Position numbers and translations under genes: made by a program. From Laetmonice hystrix (lineage: Eukaryota): DNA of 64,000 nt. This document shows, piece after piece, positions 25,754 through 39,880 of the stretch (position 1 is its first letter; the number at the start of each line of letters is the position of its first letter). The notes under the pieces are model-generated. The model had not been told where the DNA came from, did not search any database, and worked only from the letters and a program-made list of their open reading frames with translations. The stretch lies in NCBI GenBank assembly GCA_965235115.1, contig OZ249441.1:11470001-11534000 (forward strand). The letters are read 5' to 3'.

Positions 25754-27169
25754 CGGTAAAAGTATACCTCCCACGTCTCCGCGCGGTTAACGGCATGGTA
25801 ACGCCCATGGTTGGTGGTGACAGTTTCCTGTCCGTTCTATACGTATCCCGGTGGGAGTATACCTCCCACGTCTCCGAGGGGTTAACGGCATGGTAACGCC
25901 CATGGTTGGTGGTGACAGTTTCCTGTCCGTTCTATACGTATCCCGGTGGGAGTATACCTCCCACGTCTCCGCGCGGTTAACGGCATGGTAACGCCCATGG
26001 TCGGTGGTGACAGTTTCCTGTCCGTTCTATACGTATCCCGGTAGGAGTATACCTCCCACGTCTCCGAGGGGTTAACGGCATGGTAACGCCCATGGTTGGT
26101 GGTGACAGTTTCCTGTCCGTTCTATACGTATCCCGGTGGGAGTATACCTCCCACGTCTCCGAGGGGTTAACGGCATGGTAACGCCCATGGTTGGTGGTGA
26201 CAGTTTCATGTCCGTTCTATACGTATCCCGGTAGGAGTATACCTCCCACGTCTCCGAGGGGTTAACGGCATGGTAACGCCCATGGTTGGTGGTGACAGTT
26301 TCCTGTCCGTTCTATACGTATCCCGGTAGGAGTATACCTCCCACGTCTCCGCGCGGTTAACGGCATGGTAACGCCCATGGTTGGTGGTGACAGTTTCATG
26401 TCCGTTCTATACGTATCCCGGTGGGAGTATACCTCCCACGTCTCCGAGGGGTTAACGGCATGGTAACGCCCATGGTTGGTGGTGACAGTTTCATGTCCAT
26501 TCTATACGTATCCCGGTAGGAGTATACCTCCCACGTCTCCGAGGGGTTAACGGCATGGTAACGCCCATGGTTGGTGGTGACAGTTTCATGTCCATTCTAT
26601 ACGTATCCCGGTAGGAGTATACCTCCCACGTCTCCGAGGGGTTAACGGCATGGTAACGCCCATGGTTGGTGGTGACAGTTTCATGTCCGTTCTATACGTA
26701 TCCCGGTAGGAGTATACCTCCCACGTCTCCGAGGGGTTAACGGCATGGTAACGCCCATGGTTGGTGGTGACAGTTTCCTGTCCGTTCTATACGTATCCCG
26801 GTAGGAGTATACCTCCCACGTCTCCGCGCGGTTAACGGCATGGTAACGCCCATGGTTGGTGGTGACAGTTTCATGTCCGTTCTATACGTATCTCGGTAGG
26901 AGTATACCTCCCACGTCTCCGAGGGGTTAACGGCATGGTAACGCCCATGGTTGGTGGTGACAGTTTCATGTCCATTCTATACGTATCCCGGTGGGAGTAT
27001 ACCTCCCACGTCTCCGAGGGGTTAACGGCATGGTAACGCCCATGGTTGGTGGTGACAGTTTCATGTCCGTTCTCTACGTATCCCGGTAGGAGTATACCTC
27101 CCACGTCTCCGAGCGGTTAACGGCATGGTAACGCCCATGGTTGGTGGTGACAGCTTCATGTCCGTTCTA
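25754..27169. repeat. Tandem repeat, 95-bp unit, about 15 copies
   Basis: gagggg at 26161 recurs at 26256; unit contains gagtatacctcccacgtctcc...gttaacggcatggtaacgcccatgg. Confidence 0.97.
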
Positions 27170-27700
27170 CGATTATTTAACATTTTCCATCAGTACCTCA
27201 CAAGTATCATAGATAAAACAAGTGGCAAAATGACAAACTGTGCAGCCAACAAAATACACCTTATTAGACCCATCTACTGAACTCTATAGCAAAGGATGTC
27301 GAGTCTATATCTTCTCAAGCCCTGCCCTCATTCCCTTGATAAATCGCATTCCTGTTTTATCGCTCTCAAAGATTAGCACAAACTCAGCGACATCTGCTTT
27401 TAGTTGAAATTGTACTATCAGTATGAATAATCATCCTCATAAATTTCCTAGATTTGCAATTTATTTCGGCCCGTATACGTCTCAGGTTGGGAAGAGAACA
27501 CCGACGTGTCCGACTAAAACGTCTCAAGAATTATGTGCACAGAAAGTTGGGGGAGGGGGATGGCGATCGGTTATTGTTTGACACCCTGACTGTCCGTTTG
27601 ATGGACGGCTCAACAGGAACGTGTTGAAAAGGTTTGGTACGAGCACGTGCCAAACACGTGCCCATCTGAGCCGCCGCTCAGGCCGTGGGAATAGCTCTAA

Positions 27701-27747
27701 CTGCTGCTGCTGCTGCTATTGCTGCTGCTGCTATTGCTGCTGCTGCT
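27701..27747. repeat. Interrupted (CTG)n microsatellite
   Basis: ctgctgctgctgctgctattgctgctgctgctattgctgctgctgct. Confidence 0.9.
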
Positions 27748-29299
27748 TTTTCTGCTGGTGGTGTAGCGGCTGCTGGTGCAAGAACAGTTCACCTATCGAT
27801 CGAGCCCATATACACCCCTTTCCTCATTATGTTCTACGCTGTTCCTATAATTTTCCTAAATACCACTCCATAATGTGTTTTGGGGTCATACTCGTAACCT
27901 TGGACCAACTATAATGGCGCATTCGTCCAAAATATAGCAAAGAAATCTTATCACAATGTAAAAGGCATTAGGTTGGACAGGAATTATTTCCATATGTTAA
28001 TCATAGATTATTGTTACCTTTCTTACGCAAGAATTATTGTTCTCATTGTGTATGCATTGCCTTATTACGTGCTGCCATTTGACGGGCGATGACTACTCCT
28101 GTCTGAAGACATCTCCTCCCATTCCATTGGAGATTTTATTGGCGTTTTGTCTGATCAATCACTCCAACCAATCCTTCCGCTGGCCGTCTTCACCATAACG
28201 TCGACAGCCCAATGCATAACGACTTACGACTCGCTGTAACATTGTTTACGACTGCCTGAGCATGGTCCATATGATAGATATCAAGCTGAACTGGTATGTG
28301 ATACATCATTAGGAAGCGGCACTGTAGCGACTGTTACATATAGGATTACATGAGGGAGACTCAGTTGTTGGGATAGCCTGTAGGTATACTACCGGCAAGT
28401 GTTCCACTCACACATGTCACCTGTGTGACAGCTAGACCGTGCCAATTACACACGATGTACAGACGTTTTGGAACTCTCCTCACCACAGACTGAGCAGGCA
28501 CGGTCTCGCCTTACTTCACATTTCCATGTTCCATTCTATTTTCAATGAAGCGGGTTTGCATAGAGCATATCTAGCCTACAGTGAAGTTTTAATTGATTTC
28601 TCTCAGGGGAAGTGTCAGATAAAAATAAATCTATTCTTCATTCACTTAGCCGTTAGATACACGTGTTAGGCGGGTGTAGATATCAAAGGCTGTGACAGGT
28701 GAGTGTTTATTGTTGTCCGGCTTACCGATCAACAACTGACGTACGTATACGGTCAGATCAGGGCCCACCCCAGCGCCACCTCTACCTGCTTCTGACACAT
28801 TCAAAAGGAGAGTGAACACGAATTGAACATTCTCCCGTGGGATCCATATTTTATCATGAAAAGAGATCCTTCCTCTGGAAATGCCCCCCCCTCCAACTTG
28901 GAGCTTTCCATAGTCTATGTGCATTGTAAACAACGTAAATATAATACTTTTGTTACAAACCGATGTTACAAAATAAAACATAGAAACGTGTATACTGTAG
29001 AAATGTAATTGCAAACGCCAGAAAGGAATAGTCTACTCATCGGAATACCTGCTGAACATAGTTTTTCGGTGTGTGTCCAAATGTCTCTAGCACAGTGCCG
29101 CGACCGTAAGAGGACGTCGAACGTGACACAATAATATTATTATGCATGTTTGTAATTACAAATACATGTCAATGTGTGAGATATGGACTTATTGATATCC
29201 TTTATCCAATACAGTTAATCCATTGACCATATTCTGGGGTGTCTATTATCAATAGCACATGGTTGCTGACCATCTATCAGCATCTATCTATTTAGTAAT

Positions 29300-29512
29300 G
29301 TATTGCCGCTTGTGTACCCTGTAATTTATACCATATAGATGTGTCATTTAATTACTTATTAATGTATCCCCGCTTGTGTCACCATTTAAGTTATATATTA
29401 TGTTGTAATTTAATAAGGATGTACATAAGTTCATTTTAGAACTTCCTCATCCCTTAATGTATCTCAAACAAGCCTACTCCTGAAATAAACAAACTCAAAC
29501 TCAAACAAACTC
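29300..29512 (+). mobile_element. Possible 3' end of a truncated non-LTR retroelement
   Basis: AT-rich UTR-like stretch ending aataaacaaactcaaactcaaacaaactc (AATAAA plus short-repeat tail), as in L2/CR1-clade 3' ends. No coding homology seen; left boundary approximate. Confidence 0.3.
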
Positions 29513-30458
29513 AGACCCGACGTCCGTCTCGTGGGTCAGTCTATATGGCAGCCTGTGGCCGCAAGGGTTAATGAAGACCTGACAAACAAATCAATAGCAC
29601 AAATACATGTCGGCCTACTGGGTTTTTTCTCTCTTTCTTTCTCTATCTCTCCCTATATCAGCTCCATATTTATGATGATCCGGTGGTTGCCAAAGCTGTG
29701 TCGGGCTATTGGAGGCACTGTATAAAACTATAGATCGAGTGTATGGGCTTCTTCCTTCCCATATGATGTCCTTCATACACTGAGATTTTCTTTGCGATCT
29801 TTTCAAAGAAAAATGTTTTCAATATGGTTAAACTATGATATGTCTTTGTCTTGTCTGCGAGGCCTTGCGGTGTCTTGAAGGCTAATACATTTCTAGTGAC
29901 ACTGGACATCTCGTGTGATAATTACAGCCTGTTAGAGGTCGGATCGATCCAGCAGGTAGCTTACTTACACCTAAATATTTTCTGTGTTCCGGGGCTGTCG
30001 GCCTGACGTCCACCTCCGGACAGTTGTTCCGCTGTAGTTATGTACACAGGGAATTGCTGCTATTGGCGACTCTCGGGAAAGTTGCCTCAAGTGAAAAAAA
30101 TCCAATAACCTTGGCGTTCAGTATCTAATCTCGCAAAATTGTTGGATATTGTGCTCAAAGTTTTAACACGACATGTATTTCAAAACTGACAACTTCACTT
30201 TATATACCGGATCAAGGATTGACTATATGAAATACCAATGCCAACCATCGCTGTGATGACAAGGACCAGGATGTGTTCTGGTCACACCAGACGATCCACA
30301 TCTAGTTTCCACCTTGAACATGATCTTTCAACACGCAGCTTTCTATAAACACTGAACAAACATTATCAGTCAATTAGCTCTTCATCATAATCAGCTCTTT
30401 ATGTAAGGCGTGGCAAATGTGCTTCATTCCCGACCATTTACCTCTTACGCCTTTCTAC

Positions 30459-31187
30459 ACAAACGTTTAAAAGTGTAAATCTGAAGGTTGATGACAGGTC
30501 CAGAACGACGTGAAAACCACAGCCCACAACGTTTAGAAGTTGTGTAAATCTGATGGTTGATGACAGGTCCATAACACAGCCCACAACGTTTAGAAGTTGT
30601 GTAAATCTGATGGTTGATGACAGGTCCATAACGACGTGAAACCACAGCCCACAACGTTAAGAAGTTGTGTACATCTGATGGTTGATGACAGGTCCATAAC
30701 GACGTGAAAACAACAGCCCACAACGTTTAGAAGTTGTGTAAATCTGATGGTTGATGACAGGTCCATAACGACGTGAAAACCACAGCCCACAACGTTTAGA
30801 AGTTGTGTAAATCTGATGGTTGATGACAGGTCCATAACACAGCCCACAACGTTTAGAAGTTGTGTAAATCTGATGGTTGATGACAGGTCCATAACGAGGT
30901 GAAAACCACAGCCCACAACGTTTAGAAGTTGTGTCTGACGGTTGATGACAGGTCCATAACGACGTGAAAACCACAGCCCACAACGTTTAGAAGTTGTGTC
31001 TGACGGTTGATGACAGGTCCATAACGACGTTAAATCCACAGCCCACAACGTTAAGAAGTTGTGTAAATCTGATGGTTGATGACAGGTCCATAACGACGTG
31101 AAAACCACAGCCCACAACGTTTAGAAGTTGTGTAAATCTGATGGCTGATGACAGGTCCATAACGACGTGAAAACAACAGCCCACAAC
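30459..31187. repeat. Tandem repeat, 69-bp unit with deletion variants, about 11 copies
   Basis: Unit gatggttgatgacaggtccataacgacgtgaaaaccacagcccacaacgtttagaagttgtgtaaatct. Confidence 0.95.
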
Positions 31188-33514
31188 CAGGCTCTCACAT
31201 GACGTCACATCATTGCGAAGTGATCCTGAGGGTCCCTCCGGGGCAGGGGGACTAATGATAGACCCCCATGCCCTCTTCTCCTTATGGACTATCCATGACA
31301 AGGAGGAAGTTCTCCTATGATATTGTTTAAAAGGTCACGGTAGATCTCCAAACTATATGGAGATACATGGATCTAATGGATAGAATTTTACGGGAACTTT
31401 TCCACATGTATCCATGCCTCCTGTTCCTCGTTTATTAAAACCTCACAAGGAGTAAATTCTATTTACTTTCCGTGTTGTTGAGCTGTGTGGCGGGAGATTG
31501 TAAATGTGTGGAGGAGTGTTGACATCGGTTTCTTCCCTCCATGTAGCACACTTGAGATCAGTATAGCCTGAACACTGTCTCTATACAAACACTGACCTGT
31601 CTGAACACGTACGGTTCCTGTATACGACCTGCCTCCAAGGCTATCTATACAGAATACAGCCACAAACATTCTGGCTCGGTTATCACCGTACATAACGTCC
31701 ACACTTCCATCTAGTACACTGAAGTAGAATATTATTAACACAATTACGGCATTCCGGAGTGATTCACGAAAGCTGACCGAGTTTCATCGGAAACCCCACA
31801 ATCCAAAACAAATTCTATATTTGCCCTCTCTTGTTCAGGATGTCTCGTTTTTAAAATGTAAATTATCTAATTTACCGACAGGATTCCCAAATCCGAACTG
31901 ACTTCTACCGCTGTGAGTTGGCTGCCTAGGTTCACCTGGAGGTGTGTTGAGGGTGACGTAGGGCCTGCGTTCCGGGCTCCCTGCCAGCAAACAGCCATGG
32001 CACCTCCAGCCATTCTCACCTCCAGGATGGTCTGACCATGACAGCTCTTGACATCTCCGACCTCGGCACCGGTTGAGGTCACAGGTCACCCGCTTTACAC
32101 TCGATCCTTTATTACCTTCTTAATGGAAGAGGATAGCCGGGCGCGGCCTCGGGGACAGGGCCGTGATGAGAGTCACCGAGGGGAGCCGTTCACCTCCTGG
32201 TCGCCATACTCCTGGTGACACGAGAGGCACCCCGGTGAATTCCTTCTCTCAGGTTAATGGGTTTTTGTCCAGATCACGAATCTGACACTGGGACCCCGTG
32301 CAATACTGTCTATTGTATAAGTTACACTAATCATGCTCAAACACAACAGCCAGGTCCGAGATGAAGATATCCCACCTGATATATTATTAAAATCAGACCG
32401 ACAAAAATTGCTAAGTTAACATATCTGTTAATCGTATTATATCTCCCTATCATGGCATGTCTACACTTGATAAGCCTGCTTTGTTTGGTGCTGCCAGAAC
32501 ACTGAATTCATGTTTCATGAAACATAATATTGTCCTGATAGACCTGTCCATGACATGCTTCCTTTCAAAAATGGTGGATTATAATTAATCAGCAACAAAT
32601 ATTCTAAGTGAGCCTGAATAACGGGGGAAATGCTTCTGAAATTTTATTTGGGCAAAGCAATTTAAAACTTCATTCATTCTTATAGTGCTAAGTGGAAACA
32701 ATAATAGCTTAATTTAATTCAAGATTTCTTTTGTACACTTCAGTGTAGCTGTTATCTGTTATCAAGACTTGAGAATTGCTGTAATGAGGCCCTAACTTGG
32801 CGGAGCAGTAGGAATCGAGAAGCAAGTTCTGTCATGGAAAGACAGAAAGGAGGACTTGAACCACCATGTGTAAACTTGGCGTCTGCCGTCCAGTTTGACA
32901 ATGAAGGCAATATTCAAATACTCATAAATCTAAGGAGTGATTTCTGAGCTTATGACATTTGGACGAGCCAAAGAAACCGTTTGCAGTGCTGCTTTGAACC
33001 GACGGCCAGATGTTTGCTGCTGTCTTGGCTTACGGCAGTTTTTCCCTCCTGACTAGGTTTGAGCGGACCTAATCTTGACATTCCTGTATCCCATCATATT
33101 ACAATCTCAGCATCACCAATCTCTCCTCCACCGAGCGATGCGACAAGTCCCACCACAGTCAGTCGGGAAATAGAAAGCAGGGAGAATCTGAAGTGGATCT
33201 CTGCGAGTCTTAAATGCCGGATCACGAATGTAACCCTGTGGGAGGTTGGCCGACTATGTACGAGTCTCCTCCCGGGATCACGTCCTCCCATCATCGGACT
33301 CTTTAATCTATACCCGGGGCGGGAGTGAGCATCACAGTGACTTGTGGCATCCTGGCCATCAGGGCAACCATGGCAACCTAAGGCGTCAGTCCCTGATACA
33401 AACACCTTGGCAGCAACCCACACAGCCTCACTCCAAACTCTACCCGGGCCGCCTGGGGAAATTAAATTAAGCCTTAGGATTCGGTTAGCAGAACTTATCT
33501 TTCATATTCTAAAC

Positions 33515-33744
33515 ACTGGTCAATAAAATCTAAAAACTGGTCAATTCTATTGATAAATACATTCATATGAAACTGGTCAATAAAATCTAAATACTGGTCA
33601 ATTCTATTGATAAATACATTCATATGAAACTGGTCAATAAAATCTAAATACTGGTCAATTCTATTGATAAATACATTCATATGAAACTGGTCAATAAAAT
33701 CTAAATACTGGTCAATTCTATTGATAAATACATTTATATGAAAC
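33515..33744. repeat. Tandem repeat, 57-bp unit x4
   Basis: aactggtcaataaaatctaaatactggtcaattctattgataaatacattcatatga. Confidence 0.95.
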
Positions 33745-33983
33745 AAAGATGAACTTTGCCTGTCTCTTTGTCTGTCTGTTTGTCCCCCACCTGTACACCT
33801 GTCCGCCTATCTGTATTTTGTAATTATACCTGGCTCTCTGTTGTAAAGCACAATTCTAGAAGTAATCTTCCACTTATAATTGACAAGGTTCTATACAGAG
33901 TTTATTTGGATTAGGTACTGTTAAATGTATAGTTTGATTCCACCTCATGACATTACGTATTTCACAAATCACGTTTTTGCTCT

Positions 33984-34970
33984 CTGGTAATCCGATGACG
34001 ACCAAACCTCAGTAAACCTTTCTTACTCTGTCAACAACCTCCAACTGCCCTGGTAATCCGATGACGACCAAACATCAGTAAACTTTTCTTACTCTGTCAA
34101 CATCAGTCAACTTTTCTTACTCTGTCAACATCAGTGAACTTTTCTCACTCTGTCAACAACCTCCAACTGCCCTGGTAATCCGATGACGACCGAACATCAG
34201 TAAACTTATCTTACTCTGTCAACATCAGTCAACTTTTCATACTCTGTCAACATCAGTAAACTTTTCTTACTCTGTCAACATCAGTGAACTTTTCTTACTC
34301 TGTCAACAACCTTCAACTGCCCTGGTAATCCGATGACGACCAAACCTCAGTAAACTTTTCTTACTCTGTCAACAACCTCCAACTGCCCTGGTAATCCGAT
34401 GACGACCAAACATCAGTAAACTTTTCTTACTCTGTCAACATCAGTAAACTTTTCTTACTCTGCCAACAACCTCCAACTGCCCTGGTAATCCGATGACGAC
34501 CAAACCTCAGTGAACTTTTCTTACTCTGTCAACAACCTCCAACTGCCCTGGTAATCCGATGACGACCAAACCTCAGTAAACTTTTCTTACTCTGTCAACA
34601 ACCTCCAACTGCCCTGGTAATCCGATGACGACCGAACATCAGTAAACCTTTCTTACTCTGTCAACATCAGTAAACTTTTCTTACTCTGCCAACAACCTCC
34701 AACTGCCCTGGTAATCCGATGACGACCAAACCTCAGTAAACTTTTCTTACTCTGTCAACAACCTCCAACTGCCCTGGTAATCCGATGACGACCAAACCTC
34801 AGTAAACTTTTCTTACTCTGTCAACAACCTCCAACTGCCCTGGTAATCCGATGACGACCAAACATCAGTAAACTTTTCTTACTCTGTCAACAACCTCCAA
34901 CTGCCCTGGTAATCCGATGACGACCGAACATCAGTAAACTTTTCTTACTCTGTCAACAACCTCCAACTGC
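33984..34970. repeat. Composite tandem repeat, 66-bp unit with a variable 28-bp internal subrepeat
   Basis: aactgccctggtaatccgatgacgacc... units interleaved with 1-3 copies of atcagtaaacttttcttactctgtcaac. Confidence 0.95.
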
Positions 34971-35855
34971 TATTATCTTAGCAGTCATTCATTCTGATAA
35001 ATCCAAACTCATTTACCAACCAAAAACATTTGTCACCGATTCCTAGGCTTAGAGAAAATTCTGCCCTCACATGCAGGAGAAAATTAGAATCAATAGCGTT
35101 AAAGACGATTACTGCCAAGTTAAATTCATGCAATTTCATGTCCGTATTTATGGAGATTTATGCATTCAAGCGATGTTTAAATCAGACAACAAACACTCCA
35201 GATTTTTTTCTCATCTGTTTGAAGCCTTTGACCGAAATCACATCCATGATGCGGCATATTAGTGCAAGGCAATCATACTGGTGTGCGTGGGGAAAGGGGC
35301 GCAGCGTTGTCCTATCATTACGTTGTCAATACAAAGTAGAGGATGTACTTGTAAATGGATAATCGTTAGGCGAGAGAACAAAAGAAACTGGTCCTCCCGC
35401 CTCATCATCCTATTCCATGGCCAGCCAGCCGAGACAGAATACTGCTGATGCAGCACACTGCAGGAATGCCATTTACCAATGCCTGAACATGCAATGTGCC
35501 CAGTGGTGGGGAGGAGAGTGGGCCTGTGGGCGCGGCAGGACGCCCAGTGGTCCGCTCTCTGACCGCGTCAATGTACCGTGTGCGTGACACGACAGCATCT
35601 TTCTCCCGTCCCCAGTCTAATTACAACACAACGACCCACCTAAATACCCAACGTATGTATGCACTTACAGCACCGTAATGGGTACATTTTCTTCGTCAAA
35701 GTACGTTGCACCTGTCAGATGTCATATCGGACAGGTAGAGTTTGTTCTTCGATAACTCCAGTAGTTATCCAGGGGCATCTACAAACAGCTCTGTAACTTC
35801 TAGGCGACGAGATATGGGGCATTTTTTACTATGACGGAAAATCTTCTTACGATGG

Positions 35856-36110
35856 AAAGTTTAATATACCAGCCTGGCGATGAACCTTTCCACCCAATAT
35901 GAATAGGTGATGTTTACAAAGTTTAATATACCAGCCTGGCGATGAACCTTTCCACCCAATATGAATAGGTGATGTTTACAAAGTTTAATATACCAGCCTG
36001 GCGATGAACCTTTCCACCCAATATGAATAGGTGATGTTTACAAAGTTTTATATTCCAGCCTGGCGATGAACCTTTCCACCCAATATGAATAGGTGATGTT
36101 TACAAAGTTT
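35856..36110. repeat. Tandem repeat, 62-bp unit x4
   Basis: aaagtttaatataccagcctggcgatgaacctttccacccaatatgaataggtgatgtttac. Confidence 0.95.
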
Positions 36111-37534
36111 CAACTCGGGAAGAGTTGACCTATCTGTGACAAAGTGAATCAAACTTGTCCTTCCCATTGTTGCCACACTCCGGCTACAACAAACATGATA
36201 TCAAACCAGTAAAACTTTACCACAATAAGGGCCTCAAGAATGCTCCTACCATTCAACTTCACTGTGGTCGGTGTCGTCGTTACAATATGAGTTTTTACAT
36301 ATTAAGTCCCCCAGTTTCCAACATGAAGTATTTATAGTTTTGCATGAACAAGACGTGAACACTATATTTCACTGTCAACATATGATACTTCACCCGCGCC
36401 TCCGGTTACGTACGACAAACATGTACTCGTATTTCCTTTCTCCTCTGACAATTCTCAGTAAAACGATGGTGGATAACAGCAGGACAGAGCAATCGGCCTT
36501 AAATACATGACCAGAGAACCACTTTGGATGAAGTACTCCATAATGTAGCTGAATCTTTCATTTGGTTAATACGTCACAAAAGATCACAGAGGCCACCACG
36601 TATAGAACCACCGACATAACGCTCGATGACCGAGTAGGCTATATTATATATGTTGCTACCACCATATCAAGGCCACTGCCACATTTTAAAATTTTCCCCA
36701 TCGCAAACTTGTACATATATACAATATGTACATATTACACCTAGATCTAATCGTGGCGACTGCAGCAGTTTACTTACATTCACGAATTAGCTCGACTCGG
36801 ATTCACGCTTGTCGGGAGAGTTTGGCAATGCCATCACTTCGCTCTCCGTGCAATGATACTGAACCGTTGAAGAATTTATTTTTAATCATTATTTCTCCAC
36901 TGACTTGCATGTTTTGTGATATCCCGTGTGTATTGTTTTCCGTGGCATCCAAGGCGAGCAGCATGCTGCCGGAGCCGATATAATGCCATCAAAACGTCGC
37001 TGAATATGTATTCCTTAATCGGTAACCAATCACCTGCTTCAACTGCTAGGCCCATACTGGCCAGGGGTAAATCTGCCCTTTAGGAAACCCGATCAGTCCG
37101 ATAAATAAACATCGAACAATACAACAATAACCACACTGTATACATTCAAGTGGTATACTTTGACATGAAGTCGCTACAGAATAGGCGTGGAATGTCGACA
37201 AAGAAAACGAGTAAGATTTTCAATAGATTTATAAACGAAGATTAGAATCGTGCTTCAAGTGCGATGATGAACAGCAACCAGTGTTTGGTTGTAAGAGTAA
37301 TTGGAGGTGGCGCACGCCGTCTGCCGGGCGGTGGTGGAGTTAGTGGTACAGTGATTGATGGACGTCAGCTTGGTGAGGTCAGGTGATGTCATAAATGGAC
37401 TGAGACATCTGTCTTTGTTATCCTTACCGACCCCACCCCAAGCCGCCTACCTGAACGCCGACCCCATCTTATAACCGAACCGTAACCTTGACAACTTGTC
37501 TCAACCCTCTCCTTAAACCCCTCTCTCAAACTCC

Positions 37535-37932
37535 GCCACCGACTGGTACAAACCTACAGCAATTCACCACCGACCGGTACAAACCCACAGCAATTCACCA
37601 CCGACCGGTACACCCACAGCAATTCACCACCGACCGGTACAAACCCACAGCAATTCACCACCGACTGGTACAAACCCACAGCAATTCACCACCGACTGGT
37701 ACAAACCCACAGCAATTCACCACCGACTGGTACAAACCCACAGCAATTCACCACCGACTAGTACAAACCCACAGCAATTCACCACCGACTGGTACAAACC
37801 CACAGCAATTCTCCACCGACTGGTACAAACCCACAGCAATTCTCCCATCAACTGACACGTACAAACCCACAGCAATTCTCCCATCAACTGACACGTACAA
37901 CCCCACAGTAATTCTCCCATCAACTGACACAG
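37535..37932. repeat. Tandem repeat, 31-bp unit, about 13 copies
   Basis: aattcaccaccgaccggtacaaacccacagc; explains ORF 37488..38102. Confidence 0.95.
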
Positions 37933-39385
37933 AACTGACTTCCGTCAAAACGTCCACCACAACCTCACCTGGATCCCACAACCCACTCAAGACAAATCAA
38001 TGTAACTGTGTAAGTTTGATCAGATTAGCTCAGCGATCATGTCATCGTACAGCCGTCTGGATCCCTCAATCTGTTTCATGTAACCTGGGCATTGAAACCT
38101 GATCCAGCTCTCAATTCATCACTAAACAAACATTGAGCGATACATCTTCTCTGATCGATCAACGACCCAAACTGTTTGAAGAAGGCATTAATAATTCAAA
38201 TTCACTCTTAGAAATTCAATAACCTTGAGTCTTATATTACAACAGAAGTCTTAAATTTACACCGTCAATAAAGCTCTCATAACTTGTTGTTTATACTGCT
38301 ATGATAAATGAAATGATTCCAGGCCGAACAATTGAGAAATCGCATCCATCATAATCAAAAAATTGCATAGACAAAATCAATATCAAAATTGATTATAGTG
38401 TTGCACCGAGAAAGTATCGCTGCATTTGAATAACAGCAAAAAATCCTGTACAGGAATAAACATACCCGATTACCGGTATACATGTATTTTTGTGTCATTT
38501 TGTGCCTACCAACCTTAACAGGTTTACAGTCGTACGAAAGTGTGGCGTTAAAGGTCGGGACATGGTAAAGGTAGGTGTTTCTCGGTTCGTCTTTTAAACC
38601 ATTACGCCATGGAAACCACCAATGCCATGGCTGAAGATTACCAATCGTTAGGGTCAATCAACGACTTGAAGTTTAACCTTCAGCGCTGAGATATCCCCTG
38701 CCCGCAGACCGGTGACAACACGCAACCCAGCCATCATAGCTTACCATCTGCACTCATCAAGAGTTAACCACGTGAAACGGGCCTGTAATATATACCAGAT
38801 CATCAGTCTCTTCAAACCTCCAACGTCTTCTTGCCAAGGACTCTGCGCTCTTTACTTCTTCAAGTCGATGACTCATGAAGGTGACGGGTTAACCCGCACT
38901 TCATGGGCAGTCTTACTTTTTAACAGAGTCGAATTTCCTTAGGAAATACACTACTGGATTATCTTTTAAGCAAATTTGGCTTATTTTTTCATTATTTTCA
39001 TACTTAAGAAAAGACGGAACACCTAAAAAGGTCGACCAAATCTCCCCTATCGCTTCCGAAAATAACTCTGCTCCCCACTTGATGACATTTCCCCCCAAAG
39101 TCCTTCTCTCCGTGCCATACCGATAGGGCAGATTTAATGCGTTCTTCTTACATTACATTAGAGTTGTTAAGGTGATCCGTGGCAGCTGAACTTCCTGTCA
39201 TGATTTAATGGTCCATTCTCAGGGCGAACTGACTGGCTGATCTCCTTACTATCAGCCAGTACCGGTCCGAGATTGGCTCAGCCATATACCTCAGCACGCC
39301 TCCCATTCTCTGTCATCAAGTCTGGGCAAGCAAATCCCTATCCTCAAAATACGGTGCTGTTTAACGTGTATGTGGCCCGTAATGA

Positions 39386-39634
39386 ATGGAGCGTGTTTAT
39401 GATGGCATCTTTGTCAATCATACCAGCATGGAGATGTGTTTATGATGGCATCTTTGTCAATCATACCAGCATGGAGTGTGTTTATGATGGCATCGTTGTC
39501 AATCATACCAGCATGGAGTGTGTTTATGATGGCATCTTTGTCAATCATACCAGCATGGAGTGTGTTTATGATGGCATCTTTGTCAATCATACCAGCATGG
39601 AGTGTGTTTATGATGGCATCTTTGTCAATCATAC
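39386..39634. repeat. Tandem repeat, 42-bp unit, about 6 copies
   Basis: gtgtgtttatgatggcatctttgtcaatcataccagcatgga. Confidence 0.95.
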
Positions 39635-39650
39635 TATAGTATGAGGAAAT

Positions 39651-39880
39651 AACCAAGAGTCAATCACACCATGCAGTTACAAAGTGCGTCCTCCGCCAAT
39701 ATTACATAACCCAGAGTCAATCACACCATGCAGTTACAAAGTGCGTCCTCCGCCAATATTACACAACCCAGAGTCAATCACACCATGCAGTTACAACGTG
39801 CGTCCTCCGCCAATATTACATAACACAGAGTCAATCACACCATGCAGTTACAACGTGCGTCCTCCGCCAATATTACATAA
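39651..39880. repeat. Tandem repeat, 57-bp unit x4
   Basis: agagtcaatcacaccatgcagttacaaagtgcgtcctccgccaatattacataaccc; abuts the 42-bp array. Confidence 0.95.

Noticed and set aside
29513-29571. piggyBac-like end (aagggTTAA)
   Set aside because: No partner inverted repeat found.
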